From Nitrosarchaeum sp. (lineage in GTDB: Archaea; Thermoproteota; Nitrososphaeria; Nitrososphaerales; Nitrosopumilaceae): a stretch of 64,000 nucleotides of DNA. The notes below the pieces were generated by a model. The model made no database searches, was not told the DNA's origin, and saw nothing but the letters and a program-made list of their open reading frames with translations. A program made the translations under genes and the position numbers. This document shows positions 10,303-20,800 of this stretch, piece by piece (within the stretch, counting starts at the first letter, position 1; each line of letters starts with the position of its first letter). The stretch covers positions 1,088,001 to 1,152,000 of the forward strand of contig OZ245020.1 of the NCBI GenBank assembly GCA_965223865.1. Reading direction: 5' to 3'.

Positions 10303-10821
10303 ATGAAAACGCTAGATCTTAAAGAAAGCATTGGATTAATGCTAAAAATGTCTGCTAAGGCTTGGGAAAAGGCAGCTGACATTGAGATGCGTGAGCATTT
10401 TGGTCTCAGTAGTGCAAAATGGAAGATAATCGTAGTGCTTTCAATAAAAGAAGGAATAACTCAGAAACAGATTGCAGACATGGCCTTTGTTGAAGCACCC
10501 ACCCTTGTTCCTATAATAGACAAGATGGAAAAAGAGGGATATCTTACAAGACAGTCAGATCCAAATGATAGACGAAATAACCTGATCTTTATGACCAAAA
10601 AATCCAAAGACATCGTGGATCCAATAATTGACTCCGTTTTGGAGGTAAGAAACATTGGATTGAACAAAATATCAAAAGGAGATATGGAGACTGCAAAAAA
10701 AGTACTTGAGCAAATCATAACTAATACTGAAGAATTTATCAGACATAAAGGAGAAAAAACTGATCCTGATCTTTGGACTGAACCTCAGAATAAATCCCAG
10801 AAAACACTAGTAAAATTATAG
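10303..10821 (+). CDS. MarR-family transcriptional regulator
   Basis: GITQKQIA...TLVPIIDKME.EGYLTR..DPNDRR winged-HTH signature. Confidence 0.93.
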   Translation: MKTLDLKESIGLMLKMSAKAWEKAADIEMREHFGLSSAKWKIIVVLSIKEGITQKQIADMAFVEAPTLVPIIDKMEKEGYLTRQSDPNDRRNNLIFMTKKSKDIVDPIIDSVLEVRNIGLNKISKGDMETAKKVLEQIITNTEEFIRHKGEKTDPDLWTEPQNKSQKTLVKL

Positions 10822-11004
10822 TTATTGGTTGCAAATTAAAGTATTTTTATTTGAGTATAACTTAATGACTTGAAACTTTGACCTAATCCCGCCATTGACT
10901 TTTAATTTTATGATGAGTATTGAGACAAAATAATTCTAGCCGATTATACTAATTCAGTATTTTAATCCTTTTTCATTAGATTATTGTCAAAAATAAGAAA
11001 AGGG

Positions 11005-11413
11005 TTAGTGCCCTTCCTCACCTGGAAATAACAAGCACCAATACTTTGCATTGGTTCTTGTGGATATTTTCTGTCCTACTTTGCATGGTCCAAAGACCTT
11101 GCCAGATTTAAGTTCAGATTGGTAGTTTGGAACTCTGAATCTGTTTGACTATTGCAGGAGTTACAAAGAAAGAACTCACCTGTTGACCGTTTACATCAAA
11201 AGACTCTACAGTGTCAATGATGTTATAATTTGTCATTCCATCATCACCTATTGCTTCTTGCGGTGTATAGTGTGACGGCTTTCCCCTGTTTGTACGAAAG
11301 TCTTTGATGTTTATGATTCTACCTGAAATCTTTCCTATTCCAACAGCTTTGGTTTGTTCTTGTGGTTTGTTGTAATCACCCAAGTTGATTTGGGTTTGTG
11401 TCGTTTCATTCAA
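11005..11413 (-). pseudogene. Frameshifted hypothetical protein divergent from the PolB2 cassette
   Basis: ORF 11114-11413 continues in another frame after ...VKQIQ as (R)VPNYQSELKSGKVFGPCKVGQKISTRTNAKYWCLLFPGEEGH* to 11005. Confidence 0.7.
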
Positions 11414-11580
11414 TTGTGATTTTCACCTTTTATTGTTTAGAGTAATCCTAAATGAGTTGTTTCTTGCAAAAAGTAATGACTGATAGTCAAAACTGATTTT
11501 GAACTAATAATTGGATTTATCTTGATCTGGGTATTGTGAGATTACCTCACTATTAAGCTAAATTTACGCATAAAACTAGC

Positions 11581-13477
11581 CTGAGCCAGACAATATTACG
11601 ATATTATTGTGGCAACTGCAATAATTCTCTAAAAGAAACAGCAACTAATCTTGTGATCTCCATTGAATCATGTCCTTTTTGTGGAACTTTACTGCAAACA
11701 TCATGCAAAAACACCTGATCAATCAAACACAATACAAACCTCTCTTTCAAAAAGCATCACAGATTCCAAAACTTACACTAGACATTCCAGAGCTTGATTC
11801 AATTTTACATTTTCTCACATTGGGACAAAATATGTGTTTCAGGAATACACACACAAAAAATTATAGAAAGAATATGTGTAAGGGCACAACTACCACATCG
11901 ATATGGTGGTCTTGACACCAATGTTTTATTAATTGATGGTGCAAACAGTTCTGATTTGTATCAATGTGTTGATTTTGCGCAACAGTATGGATTAGATGTA
12001 AACAAAATTCAAAACAAGCTTGTATTTGGAAGGGAGCCAAATTATCCTATTTTAAAGCCAAAACAAAAAGGAACATCCTATTTTTCGTATGGACAGATAC
12101 ATTTCAAGCCTACAACAGTCAAGCTTTTGGGAAGAATCCATATTGATCAGTCAAATTGCTTCATCTGGGAACATGAACATTCCATTCATGGTCTGTATGA
12201 GATTGCCAGAACTTGTAGATTGCCTTTACAGACTGCTGCCAGAGCATCCATTGGGAAATGTATGAGTTCTGTTCAATTCTATAATGCAACAAAACGAGAT
12301 TTGCTCATTCCATGGAAACCAGTAGTATCTGAGATTTTCAAATCAAGAAAAAAATTGTTCATTGGAGATAGAGGAGGCCTTATCTTGGAGTCAAGAGTTG
12401 GAGTTCATGAAAATGTTGGCGAGCTAGACTTTGCATCATTGTTTGGAAATATTATGCTACACAAGAACATTTCAGCTGAAACCATAAACTGCAAGTGTTG
12501 TCCTGATTCCAAATATTTTGTTCCAGAACTAGGCTATCATATTTGTAAAAGAAAAGGAATAGTTCCGCAATCCTTGGAGATACTATTGAATAAACGACAA
12601 AAATATTCTGATTTAATTGATATAACCAAAGATAGTGACAAATTGGAAATCTACAAGCAACGCAAAGCTGCTCTGAAATGGATTTTAGTTACTTCATTTG
12701 GATACTTGGGATTCAACAATACAAAGTTTGGAAAAATAGACGCACATATGGCAGTTTGTGCTTTTGCTAGAAAATTATTGTTAGATGCTATACATATGGC
12801 AGAAGATGATGGATTTAGAATTTTGCATGGAATAGTTGATTCTATATGGATTCACAAAAAGAATGTAACAAAAAATGACTATGATAATCTAAGAAAAAAA
12901 ATTACAATAAAGACAGGATTTGATCTATCTTTGGATTTTTACAACTGGATTGTTTTTTTACCATCAAAGAATAACAAGATTGTTCCAATTCCAAACAAAT
13001 ACTTTGGTGCAAAAAAAGACGGTACTCTAAAGATTAGAGGAATTGAAACAAGACGTCATGATACGCCAAAATTCTTCAAAGAATGTCAGATAGAGATTTT
13101 GAATCTATTTTCATCCTGCAAATCAATATCTGATGTAAAAGATGCCATATCTGAGGCTAGATTAATACAAAAAAATACAATCGGCGTCTATTCCAGCAAA
13201 ACATCCCTCTTGAGGATTTATCTTTTACAATAGGGTAACAAGAGGCACAAACCAACACAAAAGCAATACCATTCAAGCAGATGCACTAAATCAGCTAAAA
13301 TGGGAGGGAAAAGCAATCAAATCAGGACAGAAGATCAGATACATCATCAATGACTACTCACGAAAATCAAGACGAGTAATTCCAGTTGAAGTTGTAGAAT
13401 CTGACAAATATGATGTAAAAAGATATTCTAAATTACTAGATGAATGCTGCAAATCTGTTATAGAACTATTTGAATGA
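11581..13477 (+). pseudogene. polB2: Decayed inactive-RadA + PolB2 (Dpo2-type family B DNA polymerase) cassette fused by internal deletion
   Basis: Zn ribbon (CGNC..CPFCG), then RadA-like KLTLDIPELD, RAQLP..YGG and LIDGAN, joined near 12009 to PolB2 core motifs LDFASLFGNIM, ALKWILVTSFGYLG, HGIVDSIW and NKYFG..RGIETRRHD; at least four frameshifts (about 11695, 11828, 13170, 13228). Confidence 0.88.
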
Positions 13478-13641
13478 CTTGTGAATAACGAAGACAGAAT
13501 AACTGGCTTAATTTTTGAGCTAGTTCAGACAGTGGCAATTAAATGTCAAATCATTTTCAATGAAGATCTTGGATTTTTAGAAAAGTTGGACTTTTGAACT
13601 AGTTATACAAAGCCCCCTTTGTCGGCACTAAAATCATCTCA

Positions 13642-13669
13642 ACGGTTCAAATCCCCGTTGGGTCCACCA
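13642..13669 (+). mobile_element. tRNA-Ala-like 3'-end fragment (T-arm + acceptor strand + CCA), probable att-site scar
   Basis: ACGG-TTCAAAT-CCCCGT-TGGGTCC-A-CCA; no D-arm or anticodon arm upstream. Confidence 0.65.
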
Positions 13670-13829
13670 GAACTCCTTTTACTAACGGGTTCATATACAT
13701 ACGAACACTATTTGATATTTCCATACCTTGAGACCATCTTAAAATCTGACAAGGCTGGATATGAGGCAGTTCTAAGAGAATAGTTTTTGTGTTGTAAGAT
13801 ATAATAATAATCCCTACTTCTCTTGATTT

Positions 13830-14774
13830 ATGCACACAGTACGCATTCCAAAAGTTATCAACTTTGGAGAAGACGCACTTGGTCAAACAGAGTATCCAAA
13901 AAATGCCCTAATTGTTACAACTGTTCCTCCAGCTCTTTCAGACAAATGGATTGGCAAAATGGGAATTAAGGATTACATGCTGTATGATAAAGTAAAACCT
14001 GAACCATCAATTGATGATGTCAATGCTGTAATTTCAGAATTCAAAGACAAAGACCCTTCAGTTCTAATAGGACTTGGAGGTGGAAGTTCAATGGATGTAG
14101 TAAAATATGCTGCACCAGAAATGAAAAAAGAAAAGATCTTAATTCCTACCACCTTTGGAACTGGAGCTGAAATGACAACCTATTGTGTTTTAAAGTTTGA
14201 TGGAAAAAAGAAACTACTAAGAGAAGACAGATTCTTAGCTGACATGGCTGTTGTTGATTCCTATTTTATGGACGGAACCCCACAACAGGTCATCAATAAT
14301 TCTGTCTGTGATGCATGTGCTCAAGCTACTGAAGGCTATGATAGCAAATTAGGTAACGACTTGACACGAACGCTGTGTAAACAAGCATTTGAAATTCTAT
14401 ATGATGCAATTATGAATGACAAACCAGAAAACTATCCTTATGGTTCAATGTTGTCTGGTATGGGATTTGGAAACTGTTCAACTACGCTTGGACATGCATT
14501 GTCATATGTATTTTCAAATGAGGGAGTCCCCCATGGATATTCTCTATCTTCTTGTACTACAGTTGCACACAAGCACAACAAATCAATCTTCTATGATAGA
14601 TTCAAAGAATGCATGGAAAAATTAGGATTTGACAAGCTTGAACTCAAGGCAGATGTATCTGAAGCAGCAGACGTTGTAATGACTGACAAAGGACATTTGG
14701 ATCCAAATCCAATTCCAATCTCTAAAGAAGACGTCATTAAATGTCTTGAAGACATCAAAACAGGTAATTTGTAA
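13830..14774 (+). CDS. Iron-containing alcohol dehydrogenase; probable malonic semialdehyde reductase of the thaumarchaeal 3HP/4HB cycle
   Basis: GLGGGSSMD, IPTTFGTGAEMT and GHALS...HG motifs of Fe-ADH; the specific function is from recalled similarity and synteny with the N. maritimus enzyme, not verified. Confidence 0.8.
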   Translation: MHTVRIPKVINFGEDALGQTEYPKNALIVTTVPPALSDKWIGKMGIKDYMLYDKVKPEPSIDDVNAVISEFKDKDPSVLIGLGGGSSMDVVKYAAPEMKKEKILIPTTFGTGAEMTTYCVLKFDGKKKLLREDRFLADMAVVDSYFMDGTPQQVINNSVCDACAQATEGYDSKLGNDLTRTLCKQAFEILYDAIMNDKPENYPYGSMLSGMGFGNCSTTLGHALSYVFSNEGVPHGYSLSSCTTVAHKHNKSIFYDRFKECMEKLGFDKLELKADVSEAADVVMTDKGHLDPNPIPISKEDVIKCLEDIKTGNL

Positions 14775-14875
14775 AAAATCCAGATATTTTTTACATTTCT
14801 TCTATTTTCTTGAATATTTGCGAAATTGGCAGCTTGAACTAAACTTTTTATTCTAACAGGTTATCGGTAATGTAG

Positions 14876-15976
14876 ATGACTCAAAATAAAATAAAATATG
14901 GTATTCAAAATGGATTAAACGTAGCAAGAGCCGGTTATACTGAGGATCAAATTCTTACTGCATGCATGCTGGCCGATAAGACTGGTTATGATTCAATTTT
15001 TTACATGGATCACACAAACGTTCCTCAGTGGAAAAATGCTATTGTTTTGGATCCTTGGGTCATGTTATCTGCAATTGCAGCGGTAACAAACCATGTCGAA
15101 TTAGGTACATGTGTAACTGATGCCATTAGAAGACATCCATCAAATATTGCATTAGCTGCTATTACTCTTGATAGAGTTTCAAAGGGCAGAGCAATTTTGG
15201 GTATAGGTGCAGGTGAGGCACAAAACCTCAAAGAATTCTGTATTCCTTTTGACAAACCAGTTACAAAATGGGCTGAACAAATTCAATTAATCAAGACATT
15301 GTACGGTTCTACTCCAGATAATACAGTAGACTATGAAGGAAAATATTACAAACTAGAAGGTGCATGTCTGCAGGCACCCCCAGTAAGAAAACCTCATCCC
15401 CCAACATACATGGCAGCAGGGGGTAAGAAGACATTGGAACTTACAGGTAAACTGGGAGAAGGTTGGTTACCAATTGGTTATACTCCTGAATTATTTGAAG
15501 ATCATAGAAAACAAATTGAAGCATCAATGGACAAACACAACCGAACACAAGAGGAAAAAGATAATTTCCAGATGGCTTTAGATATTGATGTTTACTTTTC
15601 AGAAGATGCTGAAGAATCTTGGGCAAAGATGAAAGAAGCAGTTAAAGTCAGTTTGTTTAAACCAGAAGTTCTTAGAGTTCACAGTCTCAAAGAAATTGAA
15701 GGATTTGATTTTGTCAAATACTTTACAGAATATTCAATGTCCAACCAAGATTGGATTGTAAAGATGAGAGAAGCCGCAACAAAAATACCTGATGGAATAG
15801 CTCGCTCATCAACTGCAATTGGAACTCCTGATGACATGATTCCAACATTTGAAAGATTCGTAGAAGCCGGTGTGAATCACTTTGTAATTAGATTCTGGGG
15901 TAAGAACTACTTTGGCTCTATTGACAAGTTTGCAAGTCATGTAATGCCTTATCTTAGAGAAAAATACGACAAGTAA
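14876..15976 (+). CDS. LLM-class (luciferase-like) flavin/F420-dependent oxidoreductase
   Basis: DH, LDPWVMLSAIAAVT..VELGT, RRHP, TLDRVSKGRAILGIGAG and GWLP motifs. Confidence 0.92.
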   Translation: MTQNKIKYGIQNGLNVARAGYTEDQILTACMLADKTGYDSIFYMDHTNVPQWKNAIVLDPWVMLSAIAAVTNHVELGTCVTDAIRRHPSNIALAAITLDRVSKGRAILGIGAGEAQNLKEFCIPFDKPVTKWAEQIQLIKTLYGSTPDNTVDYEGKYYKLEGACLQAPPVRKPHPPTYMAAGGKKTLELTGKLGEGWLPIGYTPELFEDHRKQIEASMDKHNRTQEEKDNFQMALDIDVYFSEDAEESWAKMKEAVKVSLFKPEVLRVHSLKEIEGFDFVKYFTEYSMSNQDWIVKMREAATKIPDGIARSSTAIGTPDDMIPTFERFVEAGVNHFVIRFWGKNYFGSIDKFASHVMPYLREKYDK

Positions 15977-16034
15977 ATCTAAATTTCTGAATCTTTACAG
16001 AAAATAATTTACAGTACTAATTGAATGTACTTGC

Positions 16035-16265
16035 ATGGATGATGATCTGATAAAAACTGTCAAAAAATGTATAAAAATTCTAGATGAGAATGTGGATTTT
16101 TTATCCAATCTTGAACAGGATTTAGAAGATGAAAAAGAAGATGAAATCACTACAGATATGAAACTTTATCAACTGTATGACATGACTGAAGATGTTGCAG
16201 AATCTGCCAAACTTAAAAGGGCAGAATCAAACTTGATGAGAAGAAAAGTAGAAGATTCATTATGA
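16035..16265 (+). CDS. Hypothetical acidic protein
   Basis: 76-aa ORF with ATG start; no motif. Confidence 0.55.
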   Translation: MDDDLIKTVKKCIKILDENVDFLSNLEQDLEDEKEDEITTDMKLYQLYDMTEDVAESAKLKRAESNLMRRKVEDSL

Positions 16266-16676
16266 CTATGATTTATGCGGGCGCCGTTTGCTTTGCATCC
16301 TTGTAAATGCTTTAACTTGTCTTTTCTTTTTTTGTTTTTCTAATCTCTTTCTGGTTCTCTCTGAAGATTTTGTAGAGCCAGAAATTACTTTGACCTTACT
16401 TCCATCTTTTAACATGATTGATTTTCCTTTGAATCTGTATTCTAAATCTCGGCATTTAATATAGTATTTTTTTAGACAAAAGAAAATCCTCTTGCTATTC
16501 CCTTTCATTTCAGAGACTTCTTTTGATTTTTTTAATTCATTTAAGATATTTCTGAGCAGTCCTTTGTCAATATCTGTGATTCTATGTAGTTCTCTAAACC
16601 AGATGAATTTTGATTGGGAACCCCATTCTTCTAAAATCTGTAAAACTATTTGTGTTGCTTCCTCTCTTTCATCCAA
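16266..16676 (-). CDS. Hypothetical winged-helix DNA-binding protein with basic tail
   Basis: WFRELHRITDIDKGLLRNILNEL looks like a wHTH; K/R-rich C-terminus. Confidence 0.55.
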   Translation of the reverse strand: MDEREEATQIVLQILEEWGSQSKFIWFRELHRITDIDKGLLRNILNELKKSKEVSEMKGNSKRIFFCLKKYYIKCRDLEYRFKGKSIMLKDGSKVKVISGSTKSSERTRKRLEKQKKKRQVKAFTRMQSKRRPHKS

Positions 16677-17005
16677 GCTCCATAATTTCTCAAAAGTCTT
16701 CCCTTATTTTAGCAATAATCTCAATGGAAAATTCTAAAGAAAAAAGTCAAGTTTTTCTATGTTGTTATTTTTTCATTTATTTTGTAATTTTTTATTATGG
16801 ATTCTGATCAGAAAGCCGAATGCACTAAATTGGAATGTAGAATTTTAGAAATCAAGAAATTCGCAAAATCTCTTGAAGATGAAGAATAGTTAATTTCTTT
16901 GAATGTGAATTTGTAACCTATGATCATAAAGTGAATTCATCTAATAATTTCTTTTTTTGAAATTAAAGGATCTGGATTTATAATATTATTAGCTAGAATC
17001 AATTT

Positions 17006-17638
17006 GTGCAGCTAGTAGGAGTACTTCAAATTAGATCATATGAAAAAGTTAAAGAATTTCTAAATGAAGAACATGTTGGAAGAATAGCTAGCATTGATCA
17101 GAATGGATACCCTCAGATAATTCCAATGAATTTTGTATTTCTAAATGATGCAGTTTACATGCATTCTCATGTAAGAGGAGAAAAACTTGATAACATTATG
17201 CGAAATGACAAAGTCGGTTTTGAATCTGACAGAGAACTTGAATTTCTTCCATCTTACTTTGAGGATCCAAAAAATGCATCACTTGCAGATACCTTGTATG
17301 TTAGTATAGTTATCAAAGGTAGGGCCTCTCTTGTAACTGACAAAAACGAAAAGACTCTGGCTCTTAATGGGTTGATGGAAAAATATCAACCAGAAGGTGG
17401 ATATGACCCTATTCAGTCTAACATGAAAGTTTTAGACGGAGTTGCCATAATCAAAATTATTCCAGAAATTCTACATGGGAAATACAAAATTGGACAACAT
17501 ATGAATTCAATAGATAGAATGACTTTGGCACGCAAGATCCTGAAGAAAAATTCACAATCTGCAAAAGAAACTCTAAAAATTATGGGATTTGAAGTAACTG
17601 AAAACGGACTAAGGATGATTGATGAGCCTATATGGTAA
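17006..17638 (+). CDS. Pyridoxamine 5'-phosphate oxidase-like (NimA-type) flavin-binding protein
   Basis: GRIASID.NGYP.IIPMNF, YMHS...GEKL and Y.SIVIKG motifs. Confidence 0.88.
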   Translation: MQLVGVLQIRSYEKVKEFLNEEHVGRIASIDQNGYPQIIPMNFVFLNDAVYMHSHVRGEKLDNIMRNDKVGFESDRELEFLPSYFEDPKNASLADTLYVSIVIKGRASLVTDKNEKTLALNGLMEKYQPEGGYDPIQSNMKVLDGVAIIKIIPEILHGKYKIGQHMNSIDRMTLARKILKKNSQSAKETLKIMGFEVTENGLRMIDEPIW

Positions 17639-17856
17639 TCGATTATATGATCTCGGTTGCTTTAAATTCAGTTTTGTTAAAACATTTGTTTTCTTTAACT
17701 AGAAAAGCATTAGTTACAGAAAACATTTCATTTACGCTTTGAAATCTGAACATAATATTAATATATTAATAAAATATTTGATTACTTTTTCAATTTTCTC
17801 ATAGTTTTGTATACTCATAACTAGTTTTATAAACAAGCCATTCGATGTTTGTACCA

Positions 17857-20800
17857 ATGACTTTTGAAAAACGAACAAAAACAGTAATGATGACAATTTC
17901 AATTCTTTCTGTTGCACTTTTAGCAGTTTTCAGTATGATGGATCAGAAAAAATAACTACTCAATCACAAGAAATCCTTATTCCTTCATTTTCTGCTGCTG
18001 ATGCACAGGTAAGTGGCGTGCATCATGAGATAGAAATGGAGGCTGTGAAAATGCCTGATGGCATGTATGCATATCGTATGGTTTCTTATGATCGTGATGG
18101 TACTGATCTGGTAGATAATGGTACTTATGATACAGATCCATCGATTCCAGGTCCTACACTAATATTCAATGAAGGCGATTCAGTAGACCTTAACTTATAC
18201 AACAATGCATGTGAGTCTAACTTTGTTGATGGTTCGGCTCCTAGTATCTCTGGAATTGAAACATTTGCAGAAAACTTTCTAGTTGGTGTTCATGTACATG
18301 GTGTCCACTATGACATTAGTGATGATGCAACATACGGTAGAGTTAACATGGCAGAAAATTCTGCTGCTGAATGTGGAAACGATGTTGATTATCACTGGGA
18401 TGTTGGACTAGGAACTCAAGGTACATGACCATACCATGATCATACTTTTTCACAAAATGAAGTTGGTGCCGAAGATGTAGGATTGTTTGGTACTGTAATC
18501 GTCAATCCTGCAGACGGTCTGGTAACTGGTTTAGTTAATTCTGATACTGGGGAAATTGGTAATGCTACCACAGACCCAGAAAAGGAAACTTCAGAAACTC
18601 CTTTAATTAAAAAGGAATTTGTTTTATGGATGGTATCTTCTGAAGTATTATGTAGAAGCGTCTTTTATGGATGGTATCTTCTGAAGTATTAGGTAGAAGC
18701 GTCTTTTATGGAATGGAAATTGATAACGAAAATGGTGGAAAACAAACTCCTCTATGGATAAATCCAAACCTCTATGCTACTGATGGTGATGCTGTAAGAT
18801 ATCACGTACTTGGAATTGGTGATGAAACTCATGCTTTTCATCTTCATGGACATAGATGGGTTGAAGCACAAGGAGGAGCTGCTGACATCATTGATGTAAA
18901 AGAGATTACTCCACTTCAAAGACACACCTTTTTGATAACGGCAAGTGATAATGAGAATTCCATTAATGGTACTGAAGGATGGATGTATCACTGTCATTTC
19001 TTTAATCATATGCAAGAAGGTATGAGTGGCATGATGATGGTAGTAGATGGCGATGACACGTTACCTGATGTAGGTGCTGTCTTTACTCTCAGTGATGAAC
19101 CAGGACTCTGGATGAAAACTCTTAATGCAGGAATTGCCGATGATCTAGACGAAGCTCTAGAATCACTTGAAGTACTGCCTGCAGGAACAGCAAGAGCGGG
19201 AACTGGATTCCAATTGGATTATCTAGGAACTGCTCTCAGTGAGGGATTTGCTGATTCACTAGGAAGATCACTTGCAGTGATTAATCCCGGCGAAACAGTA
19301 CTATTTACCATGAAAGACTCTCAGACAAAACACACTATTACTTCATTGATTTGGCCAACGGATGCAGCTCCCTTGGGTGGAAATGGACTTCTCACCAATG
19401 AAGTACCTGTTGCATTCTTTGATACACAGCTATCCGTTAGAGGCTCTACATTCCTTACAGATTCAAATGGCTTTGTAGCCACACTTGATACTCCGGGATT
19501 GTACGTCTTTGTATGCCAAATACATCCATACATGCTAAGTGCTGTTATTGTTGATGATCCGACAACTAATGTAAAAGCCAATAACCTTCCTGGTGCCCTC
19601 TATTGCCACTGTTAGATTTAACAAGCAATCCTTCAAATGATCTGACAATTCTAACAAGACATATTGATCCAATTTCTGGTGATGTAGAATTTCCAGTAAC
19701 ACTTGGACCAGTTAATGACTTGCCTTTGGAATTGCTAAAAGACTTCTATGTGATTACAGATCCATCAAACTGGAAAGATTACAACCAAGATAATTGGAAG
19801 GTAAATCTAGTACCAGCACTAGTAACTACAAACACCGAAGATGTTGTAGCTGTATTGCATACAGATACTGATAGTCTTATTGCTCTTGCAGGTGCCTTGG
19901 GAGTAACTAAAAGTGATGGTACGCCATACAATTTAGATCCAGAAGATGAAATACCAGATGATACTATTCTAGGTGCTGATCTAGATGTAAATATGCCAAT
20001 TGATTCTGTAAGTCCTCCAAACAAAAAAGGTATTGGAGAAGTCTGGGTAAATACACAGTTTGAATTAACTGTAAACAAGAATCACCCCGGAACTGCAGCA
20101 GACAAACCTGGAACAATTACAGTAGTTGATGCAAATACATGGGTGTTGAAAGAAAGATTGCACTTCCTGAAATCAACATGAATCATCCACATAATATGTG
20201 GACTGATAGCAAAAACGAAGTAGTATATCAAACACAATGGTTTGATACCAGAATGGTTACAATTGACAGAGAATCAGGTGAGATGATCAAAGATGTCTTT
20301 GTTGGTCAATCACCATCACATGTGATGACATCTCCAGATACTGGCATGATCTACATCGCAATGAATGGTGAAGAGCAAGTAACAGAACTTGATCCAACTA
20401 CTTATGAGGTGACAAGACAAATCTCAACAGGCCAATTCTCTCATCCACATGGTCACTGGATTAGCAGTGATGGAAAGTACATGGTAACTCCAGACTTTCT
20501 CAGTTTGAGTTCCACAATAACGAACCTTCAAGATAACACATCTGTCAAGGCTCAACATCCAATACGTAATCCTGGAGATCCATTCAATACTGTTCTTCTT
20601 GCACCAATTGCAACAGGAATGCTGGGCAGTACTGAAAAGTACTATACGGCTGATTTCCTTGGAAATACCCTAAATGTGATTGATACAGATCAGGCAACAA
20701 TTATTCATCAGATTGATCTTCTTGAGGTAGGTGCAGCACTTCCAATTCAGAGTCCAGTTAGTCCGGACGACAAATGGATGGTTACAGCCAATTTGATTGG

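Noticed and set aside
13642-13669. Functional or split tRNA gene
   Set aside because: No D-arm, anticodon arm or complementary leader; the T-stem is degenerate
16797-16889. 30-aa ORF MDSDQKAECTKLECRILEIKKFAKSLEDEE
   Set aside because: Too short, with no motif or other support
17756-17771. 16-bp palindrome TATTAATATATTAATA upstream of the MCO gene
   Set aside because: A/T-only in a very AT-rich spacer; cannot be distinguished from chance
18426-18428. In-frame TGA at a Trp position as UGA recoding (Trp or Sec)
   Set aside because: TGA ends ordinary genes in this window, Trp is TGG elsewhere, the position is not a Cys site, and the gene has four other lesions
18630-18711. 41-nt insert as a second intron or a mini-CRISPR
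   Set aside because: It is a direct tandem duplication with no spacer, and I found no BHB fold
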